64,000 nucleotides of DNA from a virus, in IMG/VR virus record IMGVR_UViG_3300025108_000016. The stretch is one strand, 5' to 3'. This document shows, piece by piece, positions 38,969 through 47,211 of this stretch. Both the position numbers and the translations under genes were made by a program. Within the stretch, counting starts at the first letter, position 1. Every line of letters starts with the position of its first letter. A model generated the notes under the pieces. That model was given only the letters and a program-made list of their open reading frames with translations. It was not told the origin of the DNA and did not search any database.

Positions 38969-39749
38969 GAATATTATGGTAGTGTGGATGCTTATGTCCT
39001 GGTGGATTGTTTACCACAACATCAGCACACACAGAATAGTATGGTGATTTGGGATGGAATTGGATTCCTTTTAACTTTAACTCACCACAATTCTTGAGTC
39101 TTGCAATCTCAAAGTCCAATCTTTTATTGGCAGTTATTTGTTCTTGTAAACCAATCTGTGTAGTTGCTGCCCTCTTACATAAGTCTTGTAAGTTTTTATC
39201 TGTAGGTGTGCTCCATGTCATAGAGAACCCTAGACCTAGATTATAGTTATCTTTCTGTCCAGTTCTAGTTTTTTTAGTGAACAGAATGTCGCCAGGATTG
39301 TCTAACAGACCATCCTCGTTTAGATCACTAACGTCATAGACTGGATCATTAAAGTATGGTTCGTATGGTTTAGATTGAGAAACAGAACCTGTTACATACG
39401 GGGTGAAGTTGCGAGTGGGACCCTGACATTGTATACCACCTCCGTATGTGTTTGTAATATATGGTCCCTGAAGGACTTGTATAGCTTGGTTTGTAACGGA
39501 ACCTGAACTATTAGCCACAGGAGAAGCAGTAGCAGACACACCACCAACAGTTTCAGCATAAGAAGGATTAGCAAATAATAATGTTATTGTGAGAAGATAC
39601 TTGTGGTATCGGTGGCGCTTTCGACCTCGGTCACTCTTTGAATAATTGTTTGATTGCTCAAACCTGGGCCGCGATAAGTTTCTGTGAACTGAAACGCTGC
39701 TCCTGGTACTGTTTGTGTGAATTGAGGTTTGCTTGTTACACCTGTCCAT
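38868..39749 (-). CDS. Exported hypothetical protein (start uncertain)
   Basis: Signal-like KYLLTITLLFANPSYA; ANSSGSVTNQAIQV, RLDFEIARLKNCGEL. Confidence 0.7.
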   Translation of the reverse strand: MDRCNKQTSIHTNSTRSSVSVHRNLSRPRFEQSNNYSKSDRGRKRHRYHKYLLTITLLFANPSYAETVGGVSATASPVANSSGSVTNQAIQVLQGPYITNTYGGGIQCQGPTRNFTPYVTGSVSQSKPYEPYFNDPVYDVSDLNEDGLLDNPGDILFTKKTRTGQKDNYNLGLGFSMTWSTPTDKNLQDLCKRAATTQIGLQEQITANKRLDFEIARLKNCGELKLKGIQFHPKSPYYSVCADVVVNNPPGHKHPHYHNIPRVSSSSEEKQSAIPVLPHSSDAALLGAPLQTK

Positions 39750-40021
39750 GATGAAGTCACTCCATTAATAGTTACATTGCTAGCACCTGTTCCTGGTGAG
39801 AGGTTTCCTGATGCTGATATACCAGAACCAGTAGCAGAGTACTGATATCCAGTGTTATAATCCATTGAATTTATTGTCTCAGTTATCTTCTGAGTGGTCT
39901 CTGTCCTGCTCGTCATTGATCCCTGTGTGAAGTTTGGGACCACGGGGACCGCCAGGGCAGCTGCAGGTATGACACTTGCAACCACCGCAGACATCACAGA
40001 CCAACGAATCATAGTATTCAT
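39584..40021 (-). CDS. Exported Thr/Ser-rich protein
   Basis: Signal peptide ending ALA-VPVVPNFTQG. Confidence 0.8.
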   Translation of the reverse strand: MNTMIRWSVMSAVVASVIPAAALAVPVVPNFTQGSMTSRTETTQKITETINSMDYNTGYQYSATGSGISASGNLSPGTGASNVTINGVTSSWTGVTSKPQFTQTVPGAAFQFTETYRGPGLSNQTIIQRVTEVESATDTTSIFSQ

Positions 40022-40032
40022 TCCCTAATTCC

Positions 40033-40485
40033 TCAGTCAATGACAGTGATCTCAGACACAAATTGTCCTGTAGCAGATGTACCAGCTCCACCAGCAGTTA
40101 ATGCCATAGTATGAGCACTATTAATAGTACCTGCTAGTGATCCAGCAGACCCAGCAGTGTAAGAAGTTACATTACTGAAGTTAGGAACATCTCCTACAGT
40201 AGGAGCAGCAGTTGGAACAGCATCCTTTACAGTCATAGATTCTGCAAATGACCAATCATTACCTGCTGTATGAACATCATATGTTCCAGCAGTTCCAAGG
40301 GTGCCCATCGTGGTTACAGCAATGTTAGAACCAGAGGCAGAGTAGCTGTCTCCAATTCTTACAGCGGTAGATCTAGCAGCATCAACAGTCAGTTGAACAC
40401 TAGAAGAATGTTTCGATACAATTCCGCCAGCATTAGCAGCAGTAGCGGTCATCAGAAGCATAACGATAGGAAGAATTTTCTTCAT
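40033..40485 (-). CDS. Exported Ser/Thr/Gly-rich beta protein
   Basis: Signal peptide MKKILP...ANA; minus-strand ATAAATA at 40509-40515. Confidence 0.8.
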   Translation of the reverse strand: MKKILPIVMLLMTATAANAGGIVSKHSSSVQLTVDAARSTAVRIGDSYSASGSNIAVTTMGTLGTAGTYDVHTAGNDWSFAESMTVKDAVPTAAPTVGDVPNFSNVTSYTAGSAGSLAGTINSAHTMALTAGGAGTSATGQFVSEITVID

Positions 40486-40511
40486 AACGTAAAAATTTGG
40501 ATCTGATATAT

Positions 40512-40835
40512 TTATTCAACATGAATGATTCCTGTCATACCTGCACCTTTATGGGGTCCACAGAAAAATTCGTAATCACCAGCATCAGCAAATACAATAT
40601 CTTGAGACTCGCCAGGAGCAAAGAGTAGTGCTTCTCTTGAAAGGTCTGGACGTGCTTCAACAATAATATTATGAGGAGGCAAAGCTTCGTTTACAAAATG
40701 TAGTGTTTCACCTGCAGAGATTGTAATCTCGTTAGGTTCAAATGCTAGGTTTCCGTTAGCACCCATATGTACATCGACTGCCCACACAGGAGTAGCAAAA
40801 AAGAATGCAATTAGAAACGCAAATAAAAATTTCAT
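40512..40835 (-). CDS. petE: Plastocyanin
   Basis: Signal peptide; PHN and C-GPH-KGAGM copper ligands. Confidence 0.95.
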   Translation of the reverse strand: MKFLFAFLIAFFFATPVWAVDVHMGANGNLAFEPNEITISAGETLHFVNEALPPHNIIVEARPDLSREALLFAPGESQDIVFADAGDYEFFCGPHKGAGMTGIIHVE

Positions 40836-40857
40836 GATGTTATAGTAACTATAATAT

Positions 40858-41037
40858 CTATTCTCGTTTTGATTTTTTACTTGGTATGAGTTGATATGCT
40901 AACTTATCTCTTAATGCATTGATCCTTTCTTCGTCAAAATGAGCAAAGTTAGGATACTTCTCTACTTTTTTATAGTAATGTAAAGCGTTGAGGATAATTG
41001 TGTAATCCTCCATCGTCAATTCAAATGAGTGTCCCAT
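40858..41037 (-). CDS. Small hypothetical protein
   Basis: LTMEDYTIILNALHYYKK. Confidence 0.65.
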   Translation of the reverse strand: MGHSFELTMEDYTIILNALHYYKKVEKYPNFAHFDEERINALRDKLAYQLIPSKKSKRE

Positions 41038-41479
41038 GTTTTCTACGAATTTCTCTAAGTTGTTCAAAATCTTTTTGTTTTGTTCCACCATCATATTCCC
41101 ATGCATAACCTTCCTCAATCATTTGCTCGTTAAGGGACACATTGTCGTCCCCAATGTAAAGCCAACCCAGAAGACGCCCGTATTTGCCAGTGCCACCAAC
41201 AAGTTCAGTCCTAACAGACAACTCATCATCACCAGCCAAAGTGCCTTCGAGTTTTTCTTTGAGCCAGTTGGTTGCGTCTTTTCCAAGTTCCTTTTCCTCT
41301 AGATCTCTCGTTCTTTTTTCAGGTGTATCAACTCCTGCAACTCTAACTCTTTCTTTCTTGTATAGATCAAACCCAAGATCAATGGTGACATCAATAGTAT
41401 CACCATCAAGGACACGATTGATCTCCGTCACTCGGAAGTTGTAGCAACTTTTCCTGTTCGGCGGCATCATTTTTCCCAT
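41021..41479 (-). CDS. Thermonuclease (SNase) family nuclease
   Basis: DGDTID, RVAGVDTPE, GKYGRLL. Confidence 0.9.
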   Translation of the reverse strand: MGKMMPPNRKSCYNFRVTEINRVLDGDTIDVTIDLGFDLYKKERVRVAGVDTPEKRTRDLEEKELGKDATNWLKEKLEGTLAGDDELSVRTELVGGTGKYGRLLGWLYIGDDNVSLNEQMIEEGYAWEYDGGTKQKDFEQLREIRRKHGTLI

Positions 41480-41615
41480 CTTCTAACTCTGCAAATGCTT
41501 CTCTTAGTATGTATACGACTACAAACAATGCACCCGCAACGGCAAGTATCACACAGATAATTACAGACCACACAGGATCAGTAACATTATCAAGAGGACG
41601 CAATAATAAATTCAT
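41406..41615 (-). CDS. Single-TM small protein
   Basis: DPVWSVIICVILAVAGALFVVVYIL. Confidence 0.65.
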   Translation of the reverse strand: MNLLLRPLDNVTDPVWSVIICVILAVAGALFVVVYILREAFAELEDGKNDAAEQEKLLQLPSDGDQSCP

Positions 41616-41803
41616 AGTTCATTGAATCGATAATCTAATATAATTCTATACAAAGAATCTCTCATAAACCATAGATGTTCTTGTTCTTCGTATGGTCTAG
41701 CAGGAGCACCTGGCCAATATTTAATAGTTTCTGTAACAGAATGATATAACAAGCGTATATCTTCTATTGTTAAATCTATTGTGTAGTCTGGTTCTTTACT
41801 CAT
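41612..41803 (-). CDS. Small hypothetical protein
   Basis: WPGAPARPYEEQEHL. Confidence 0.7.
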   Translation of the reverse strand: MSKEPDYTIDLTIEDIRLLYHSVTETIKYWPGAPARPYEEQEHLWFMRDSLYRIILDYRFNEL

Positions 41804-41949
41804 GGGTTCCTGGGATCGATTCCTAAATCTTTCAAGTATTCAATCCACCAATCTTGATCTTTAATGTATCTCCAATTGGGAACTTCTTGTCCACGTTCTG
41901 TAACATAGTATTCATGGAGAGCGTCATCTATAGTCTGTGCGATCTCCAT
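41800..41949 (-). CDS. Small hypothetical protein
   Basis: GGAG SD; VPNWR..WWIEYL. Confidence 0.65.
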   Translation of the reverse strand: MEIAQTIDDALHEYYVTERGQEVPNWRYIKDQDWWIEYLKDLGIDPRNP

Positions 41950-42133
41950 ATTCTTCTTCCTCTTCATCAACGTCTTCATATGCGTTGTCCACATATGGTC
42001 CTCGTTTTCGTGAAGATTCTTTTCCGACATAATTTTTTTCGTCGTTGACGGCAGATACCCACACAGCAAGTTTCATTATGATAAAAATTAAAACCAGTGG
42101 TGTAAAGCAACCGATTAAAATTACTGGATTCAT
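41924..42133 (-). CDS. Single-TM small protein with acidic tail
   Basis: CFTPLVLIFIIMKLAVWV. Confidence 0.7.
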   Translation of the reverse strand: MNPVILIGCFTPLVLIFIIMKLAVWVSAVNDEKNYVGKESSRKRGPYVDNAYEDVDEEEEEYGDRTDYR

Positions 42134-42288
42134 TTATGCTTCCTCGTAAAAGGTTCCCAGTGTTGCCAACTATATTTATGAACTGCCCACATTCCTATGA
42201 CGGGAACAAAGACGAGACACCATGCCATGATTCCTAATCCATATGGGTTGTTAAGTACAGTCCCACAAAACCTAGCAAATTGTAACAT
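42130..42288 (-). CDS. Small membrane protein
   Basis: LVFVPVIGMWAVHKYSWQHWEPF. Confidence 0.7.
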   Translation of the reverse strand: MLQFARFCGTVLNNPYGLGIMAWCLVFVPVIGMWAVHKYSWQHWEPFTRKHK

Positions 42289-42374
42289 TATTCTGATATA
42301 ATTGATAGAATGAATAAAAATAATCCGAACAAACAATAGAAACCAATAAAAATTAATTCAGATTGAATATGCAT
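42288..42374 (-). CDS. Hydrophobic microprotein (28 aa)
   Basis: MHIQSELIFIGFYCLFGLFLFILSIISE; TAATG coupling. Confidence 0.5.
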   Translation of the reverse strand: MHIQSELIFIGFYCLFGLFLFILSIISE

Positions 42375-42447
42375 ATTCTAAACTCCATGTAATACTTGCT
42401 ATTATACAGAAAAATAAAAGTAATCCAGAAAAAATGACGTGGTTCAT
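42358..42447 (-). CDS. Hydrophobic microprotein (29 aa)
   Basis: MNHVIFSGLLLFFCIIASITWSLEYAYSI; ATGA coupling. Confidence 0.5.
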   Translation of the reverse strand: MNHVIFSGLLLFFCIIASITWSLEYAYSI

Positions 42448-42638
42448 TGCTCTCTAGTTTTCCAAAGATCTAGGAAATAACGATCAACTTCATACAAATC
42501 ACCACGGGGTGGTTGTTCTTCAATTTGAGACCATTTATTACATAGTTCTCTCATCTCAAATGATATCTTACCTGGGGTAAACATTCTGCCAAAGGATGAC
42601 ATGGCAAACGCATACCTCATTCTAATGCGCTGTTCCAT
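42444..42638 (-). CDS. Small hypothetical protein
   Basis: MEQRIRMRYAFAMSSFGRMF...DLYEVDRYFL. Confidence 0.7.
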   Translation of the reverse strand: MEQRIRMRYAFAMSSFGRMFTPGKISFEMRELCNKWSQIEEQPPRGDLYEVDRYFLDLWKTREQ

Positions 42639-42753
42639 TTCCTGAGTAGGCGTCGGTTTCGTAATAGTTATTCTCACCTTTTCTGTACCCGAAATATGCG
42701 GTGGCACATATAAAGGGTAGTGATCCGAAAAGTAGGACATGTGCTAGAGTCAT
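42622..42753 (-). CDS. ndhP: NDH-1 small subunit NdhP homologue (43 aa)
   Basis: MTLAHVLLFGSLPFICATAYFGYRKGENNYYETDAYSGNGTAH; one TM plus C-terminal FG...YxTDxYxGNGxAH as recalled for cyanobacterial NdhP. Confidence 0.8.
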   Translation of the reverse strand: MTLAHVLLFGSLPFICATAYFGYRKGENNYYETDAYSGNGTAH

Positions 42754-42926
42754 TGAATTTTTTCCTCGTAGATTTTAATTAACTTCATTGCTTGTTTTCT
42801 ATCAGACCCACAAGGTGCATTCTTCAAACATCGAAGAATTAGTTCATCATCACTGATAGTAGGTTTGATAGTAAACCCCCACTTATCAACTTCACCTTCC
42901 ACAGGTGCTTCTGGACTATCGAACAT
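42750..42926 (-). CDS. Small hypothetical protein
   Basis: VDKWGFTIKP..CLKNAP; coupled to gnd and ndhP. Confidence 0.65.
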   Translation of the reverse strand: MFDSPEAPVEGEVDKWGFTIKPTISDDELILRCLKNAPCGSDRKQAMKLIKIYEEKIQ

Positions 42927-43965
42927 CGTGTCCTCCAAACATTGCTCGCATACCATTCAGAACCTTGGCAGTGAAAGCACCAAGACGGCGCGACTCAAAT
43001 CTCGCAAACAAAGCACTGCTGATGACAGGAGCGGGTACGCCAAGATCCACAGCAGCGTGAACAGTCCAACGTCCTTCACCAGAGTCTGATACTCCCCCAT
43101 CGAACTTGCTAAGCTCACGATCGCTGCGTAATACATCAGCGGTAAGATCGAGCAACCAACTGCCAACCACACTACCACGACGCCAACACTCAGCCACTTT
43201 AGCAACGTTAATGTCATAACAATAATCTTCTGGACAATCCATCGGAGCAACTTCAGCATCTCCTTCCTTAACGTATGCTGCCCCAGCATTAGCTTCATGC
43301 AGGATATTAAATCCTTCTGCGTATGCTTGCATGATTCCATATTCGATACCATTGTGAACCATTTTTACAAAATGTCCTGCACCAGGATCACCACAATACA
43401 TCCATCCAAACTCTTCTGGATACATTACATATGAACCATCTCCTGTGCGTTCTGCAGCACCAATTCCTGGAGCGAGTGCATCGAAGATAGGGCGGCATAC
43501 ATCGACTGCGTGACTTCTGCCACCAACCATAAGACAGTATCCACGCTCCAAACCATAAACACCACCACTAGTACCACAATCAAGATATTGGATGCCCAAT
43601 TTTTCCAGTTGCTCTGCTCTGCGGCGCGAGTCCTTAAAATTGGAATTGCCATGATCAATAACAATATCTCCATCACTAAGAAATGGTAGTAAGTCATTGA
43701 TAGTTTCCTCTACTAGTTCTGCAGGAATAACAAGTTGAAAAATGCCAGGAACCTTACCAGCACTAGTCTCTTTGAGACCATCAGATTTAACTGCTTGGAC
43801 AAGATACTCCAATGAAGTCACACATCCACTAATGTAACCTTTATCATATTGTTCACATGCTTTTTCGTAGTTGTTTCTATAACCCCATACTTCAATACCT
43901 GTTTTGATCATACGTTGGGACATACCCTCACCCATACGACCCAATCCAATCATTCCAACTTTCAT
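42916..43965 (-). CDS. gnd: 6-phosphogluconate dehydrogenase
   Basis: GLGRMG, DHGNS, GTSGG, HFVKMVHNGIEYG, DSGEGRW, FGGH. Confidence 0.96.
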   Translation of the reverse strand: MKVGMIGLGRMGEGMSQRMIKTGIEVWGYRNNYEKACEQYDKGYISGCVTSLEYLVQAVKSDGLKETSAGKVPGIFQLVIPAELVEETINDLLPFLSDGDIVIDHGNSNFKDSRRRAEQLEKLGIQYLDCGTSGGVYGLERGYCLMVGGRSHAVDVCRPIFDALAPGIGAAERTGDGSYVMYPEEFGWMYCGDPGAGHFVKMVHNGIEYGIMQAYAEGFNILHEANAGAAYVKEGDAEVAPMDCPEDYCYDINVAKVAECWRRGSVVGSWLLDLTADVLRSDRELSKFDGGVSDSGEGRWTVHAAVDLGVPAPVISSALFARFESRRLGAFTAKVLNGMRAMFGGHDVR

Positions 43966-43992
43966 TTTAATTTTCCTTTATTTCTATTATAC

Positions 43993-44148
43993 TCAGTTAG
44001 CATCTGTCGTCAACATTTGCTCTGTATACATTTTAAGTTTGCATTCTAGTTGATCGTAAATTTCCCAAATGTATTCGGAACCTGTTTGGTCTTTATAGGT
44101 TTCACACGCACGAATTAGTCTGGTAATATCGTCTTCCGAAAGTCTCAT
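43993..44148 (-). CDS. Small hypothetical protein (51 aa)
   Basis: MRLSEDDITRLIRACETYKDQTGSEYIWEIYDQLE... Confidence 0.65.
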   Translation of the reverse strand: MRLSEDDITRLIRACETYKDQTGSEYIWEIYDQLECKLKMYTEQMLTTDAN

Positions 44149-44190
44149 AATCTAATACCGTGTGACAAAAATATTTATGGTACACCCCTG

Positions 44191-44219
44191 TTGACAGGAT
44201 TCTTATATGGTGGTATGAT
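44191..44219 (+). promoter_or_regulatory. sigma70-type promoter
   Basis: TTGACA-N17-TATGAT. Confidence 0.8.
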
Positions 44220-44244
44220 GACCACATCGTTTGATTAAAATACT

Positions 44245-44733
44245 ATGATGTACGATCAACCTCCTGCTCCTCACTACGTTTGTGTGGGTTGTACACCAGC
44301 AGAGGAACAAGTTACTCAATTCCTACAAGGACGTGGCATTTATGATCGTAATGCCATTGCAGTCGTAATGGGAAACATTAAACAAGAAAGTAATTTTAAT
44401 CATAACATTTGTGAGGGAGGTGCTATCGTCCCTTATGATCAGTGTCTTCGTGGTGGATATGGTCTAATTCAATGGACCTCTACTAATCGTTATCTAGGAC
44501 TGGGTTCTTTTGCACGTAAGTATAATGGTAGTCCGTCAGACTTTGGTATGCAACTGCGTTACATGGTCAATGAAAACCAGTGGACAAAATTTGAAGTGGT
44601 ACTGAAGGGCGGTGGACAAAGTGTCCCCTACTACATGGATGCTGCATATTACTGGTTAGGATGGGGTATCCATGGAAACCGCACAAACTATGCCTACTCC
44701 TACAGCAAGAAACTCGTCCTCCGATACTCTTGA
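44245..44733 (+). CDS. Phage tail-type lysozyme domain protein
   Basis: MGNIKQES, GYGLIQWT. Confidence 0.82.
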   Translation: MMYDQPPAPHYVCVGCTPAEEQVTQFLQGRGIYDRNAIAVVMGNIKQESNFNHNICEGGAIVPYDQCLRGGYGLIQWTSTNRYLGLGSFARKYNGSPSDFGMQLRYMVNENQWTKFEVVLKGGGQSVPYYMDAAYYWLGWGIHGNRTNYAYSYSKKLVLRYS

Positions 44734-44734
44734 C

Positions 44735-44947
44735 ATGGCAGACGATTGGCGTTATAATGACCAGAAGATGGAGACACGTCAACGTGCGTACTCCATTCTT
44801 CTCAATCGATTCGGATCCCAACTTGACAAAGATGGAGCTCCGCTATATAATATGAAAGCAATCACCGAGTGTGCCCATGACTGGGTGTCACAAGGAAATT
44901 CTAGATGTGATGGGATTGTTGCATACTTCAAAGCATATTATGCTTGA
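44735..44947 (+). CDS. Small hypothetical protein
   Basis: DWRY..ECAHDWVSQGN. Confidence 0.7.
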   Translation: MADDWRYNDQKMETRQRAYSILLNRFGSQLDKDGAPLYNMKAITECAHDWVSQGNSRCDGIVAYFKAYYA

Positions 44948-44955
44948 AGTTTTTT

Positions 44956-45032
<77 letters not shown>

Positions 45033-45114
45033 GTCGGTATGGCGGAATTGGTAGACGCGCCAGGTTTAGGTTCTGGTGTCTTATGACGTGGAGGTTCAAG
45101 TCCTCTTACCGACA
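45033..45114 (+). tRNA. tRNA-Leu(TAG)
   Basis: GTCGGTA/TACCGAC acceptor, long variable arm, anticodon TAG. Confidence 0.95.
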
Positions 45115-45117
45115 CTC

Positions 45118-45189
45118 GCTCGAATAGCTCAGCGGTAGAGCATCTCCTTTACACGGAGGATGTCGGGGGTTCGATCCCCTCTTCGAGCA
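45118..45189 (+). tRNA. tRNA-Val(TAC)
   Basis: GCTCGAA/TTCGAGC acceptor, anticodon TAC. Confidence 0.95.
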
Positions 45190-45204
45190 TTGTCACTATT
45201 AACT

Positions 45205-45420
45205 ATGGACAAGCAAAAAATCAAAAATCAATTACAAGAAATCAAAACAGAACTTGCATATATGCGAGGGATGCTTACAAATATTTGTAGTCAGTTACAG
45301 GAGTCAAGAGACTTAAATGCAGAGTCATCTGAATCTCCAGTAAAAGAATTATATGAGCACCCATGGTATAAGTATAAGCGTGAACAAATTCTTGCTGAAG
45401 AAGAATCACTTAAAAACTAA
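45205..45420 (+). CDS. Small hypothetical protein
   Basis: Coiled-coil-like ORF after the tRNAs. Confidence 0.6.
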   Translation: MDKQKIKNQLQEIKTELAYMRGMLTNICSQLQESRDLNAESSESPVKELYEHPWYKYKREQILAEEESLKN

Positions 45421-45437
45421 TCACAATATATAAATCA

Positions 45438-46085
45438 ATGAAAATTTTCCTAGACACTGCTGATTACGAAGCAATTGCTGAACGCTATAAGACTGGTCTA
45501 GTCGATGGCATCACTACAAATCCTACACTAGTTCGTAAGTCTGGTGTAGACTATGTGGAGTTTATTAAAACACTAGCAACTAACTTTGCTTTTGAAAGTA
45601 TCTCTGCTGAAGTAGAAGGTGATTCCTGTTTTGAGATGCTTGTAAATGCTACTAAGTATCGTGATATTGCTGACAACGTTACGATCAAACTGCCCCTCAC
45701 TGTAGAGGGTCTGAAGGCATGTAAAGAACTCACTGCTCAAGGTGTCGAAACTAACGTTACCTTGTGCTTCAGTGCCGCTCAGGCAGTGATGGCAGCAAAG
45801 GCAGGTGCCACATACATCTCACCTTTTGTAGGACGTATGAACGACAACTCACTCAGTGGTGTTGAACTTGTTCGTGCTATCTCTGGTCTTTATTGTGCTC
45901 ATGGTGTTCGCACCAAGATCCTTGCTGCCAGTTTGAGAGATGTCCACCACGTCTCGCGTTGTTTCCTGTATGGTGCTAATGTATGTACGTTGCCGCCTGC
46001 TGTATTTGACAAAATGTATAACCATGTGTTGACCGATTCTGGTCTAGCAATTTTTGAAAAAGATTTTAAGGAGATCAATGGTTGA
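45438..46085 (+). CDS. talC: Transaldolase (TalC/FSA family)
   Basis: FLDTA, GITTNPT, TIKLP, NVTLCFS, YISPFVGR, LAASLR. Confidence 0.96.
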   Translation: MKIFLDTADYEAIAERYKTGLVDGITTNPTLVRKSGVDYVEFIKTLATNFAFESISAEVEGDSCFEMLVNATKYRDIADNVTIKLPLTVEGLKACKELTAQGVETNVTLCFSAAQAVMAAKAGATYISPFVGRMNDNSLSGVELVRAISGLYCAHGVRTKILAASLRDVHHVSRCFLYGANVCTLPPAVFDKMYNHVLTDSGLAIFEKDFKEING

Positions 46086-46281
46086 AGTTCCGTTTGACGA
46101 ATTTGAAAAAGACTTTGATGCATACATGGATCGTATCGAAGCAGGTGAAACATTTGTAATTCGTAAACCAGATGGAACTGCTGTCATGGCAGTCCCTGCT
46201 GACGAATATCAAGAACTAGCAGATCAGGTTACTGATTCTGACTGGGAAAATATGATGACAACACATGATGACGCTAGTTAA
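46078..46281 (+). CDS. Phd/YefM antitoxin-like small protein
   Basis: EFEKDFDAYMDRIEAGETFVIRKPDGTAVMAVP pattern. Confidence 0.6.
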   Translation: MVEVPFDEFEKDFDAYMDRIEAGETFVIRKPDGTAVMAVPADEYQELADQVTDSDWENMMTTHDDAS

Positions 46282-46678
46282 AAAACTAATTGCCAAGTAT
46301 GTCTCTCTAATCCAAAAGATTCCAGAGAGACACTACTGGCCTATCTTCGTGTTCCTGTCTCTATACTTCATCGTTCCGATGAGTGAGATCACAGTTACAC
46401 TAGCAGCCATTCTCTACTTCAAGTTTGAAAAGAAGATTGCTCCTGTGGTAGGTAAACTCACCAAGAGACTGCCTAACTGGTTAAGGTTTGGTGGTGGTCT
46501 CGTCTTCTTCCTTGTGATGATTGATGATACCTTGTTCTACTTTGCCTTGATTGCTCTAGCATTCTGGAGCAGCAAGCAGGTCAGAAAGAAAACTGGCACA
46601 CCCCCTTTACATGACGACCAGGAGGTGCTACAATTTGGAAGTAACAAGGAACCTGATGAAACCAACAGTAATTCTTGA
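46265..46678 (+). CDS. Multi-TM membrane protein
   Basis: Several hydrophobic segments. Confidence 0.65.
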   Translation: MMTLVKKLIAKYVSLIQKIPERHYWPIFVFLSLYFIVPMSEITVTLAAILYFKFEKKIAPVVGKLTKRLPNWLRFGGGLVFFLVMIDDTLFYFALIALAFWSSKQVRKKTGTPPLHDDQEVLQFGSNKEPDETNSNS

Positions 46679-46913
46679 GAGATCTCCCTACCGCTATGTC
46701 CAGTGCGGTCTTCTAGAGATCAATGGTAGACCTGACTATCGCATTCAGAAGTATCATGAGTGGAAGAAGCGTTACTTTGACATGTACTTGCTTGATAATC
46801 AGATGCAGTTGGACACCTGCCTAGAAGATGTAGAGTATACTAAGTGGTTAGACCCTGACCCTGAAGTGGGTTCATATCGTAAATTCAATTCTGTAAGTAA
46901 TCCTTATGACTAA
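46656..46913 (+). CDS. Conserved hypothetical protein
   Basis: Promoter TTTACA-N17-TACAAT upstream; PYRYV..NGRPDYRIQK. Confidence 0.75.
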   Translation: MKPTVILERSPYRYVQCGLLEINGRPDYRIQKYHEWKKRYFDMYLLDNQMQLDTCLEDVEYTKWLDPDPEVGSYRKFNSVSNPYD

Positions 46914-47211
46914 AACACATTCTGACTTGGACTTTATTCGCGACATGCTTCTCGCTGCTCTAGATGAGCGTCGTGATAATATTGTAGGAGATCTGTTCAA
47001 GATGTATGAGCAGGCACGTATCGAATCTCGCCCTACTATTCCTACTGGTAATATCAATATCGATACCCTCACTAAACCTGATGGAACTGAGTATAACTTT
47101 ACTTTGCAGTCTGACTATCTTGGTGATGTTAAAATTGGTAATTCTCTTAACAATGATGTAATTTCTTTTGGGGATTATACAAGTACAGATAAGGAGTTTC
47201 TTGTAGAGTGA
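46906..47211 (+). CDS. Hypothetical protein
   Basis: Overlap-coupled ORF. Confidence 0.65.
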   Translation: MTKTHSDLDFIRDMLLAALDERRDNIVGDLFKMYEQARIESRPTIPTGNINIDTLTKPDGTEYNFTLQSDYLGDVKIGNSLNNDVISFGDYTSTDKEFLVE

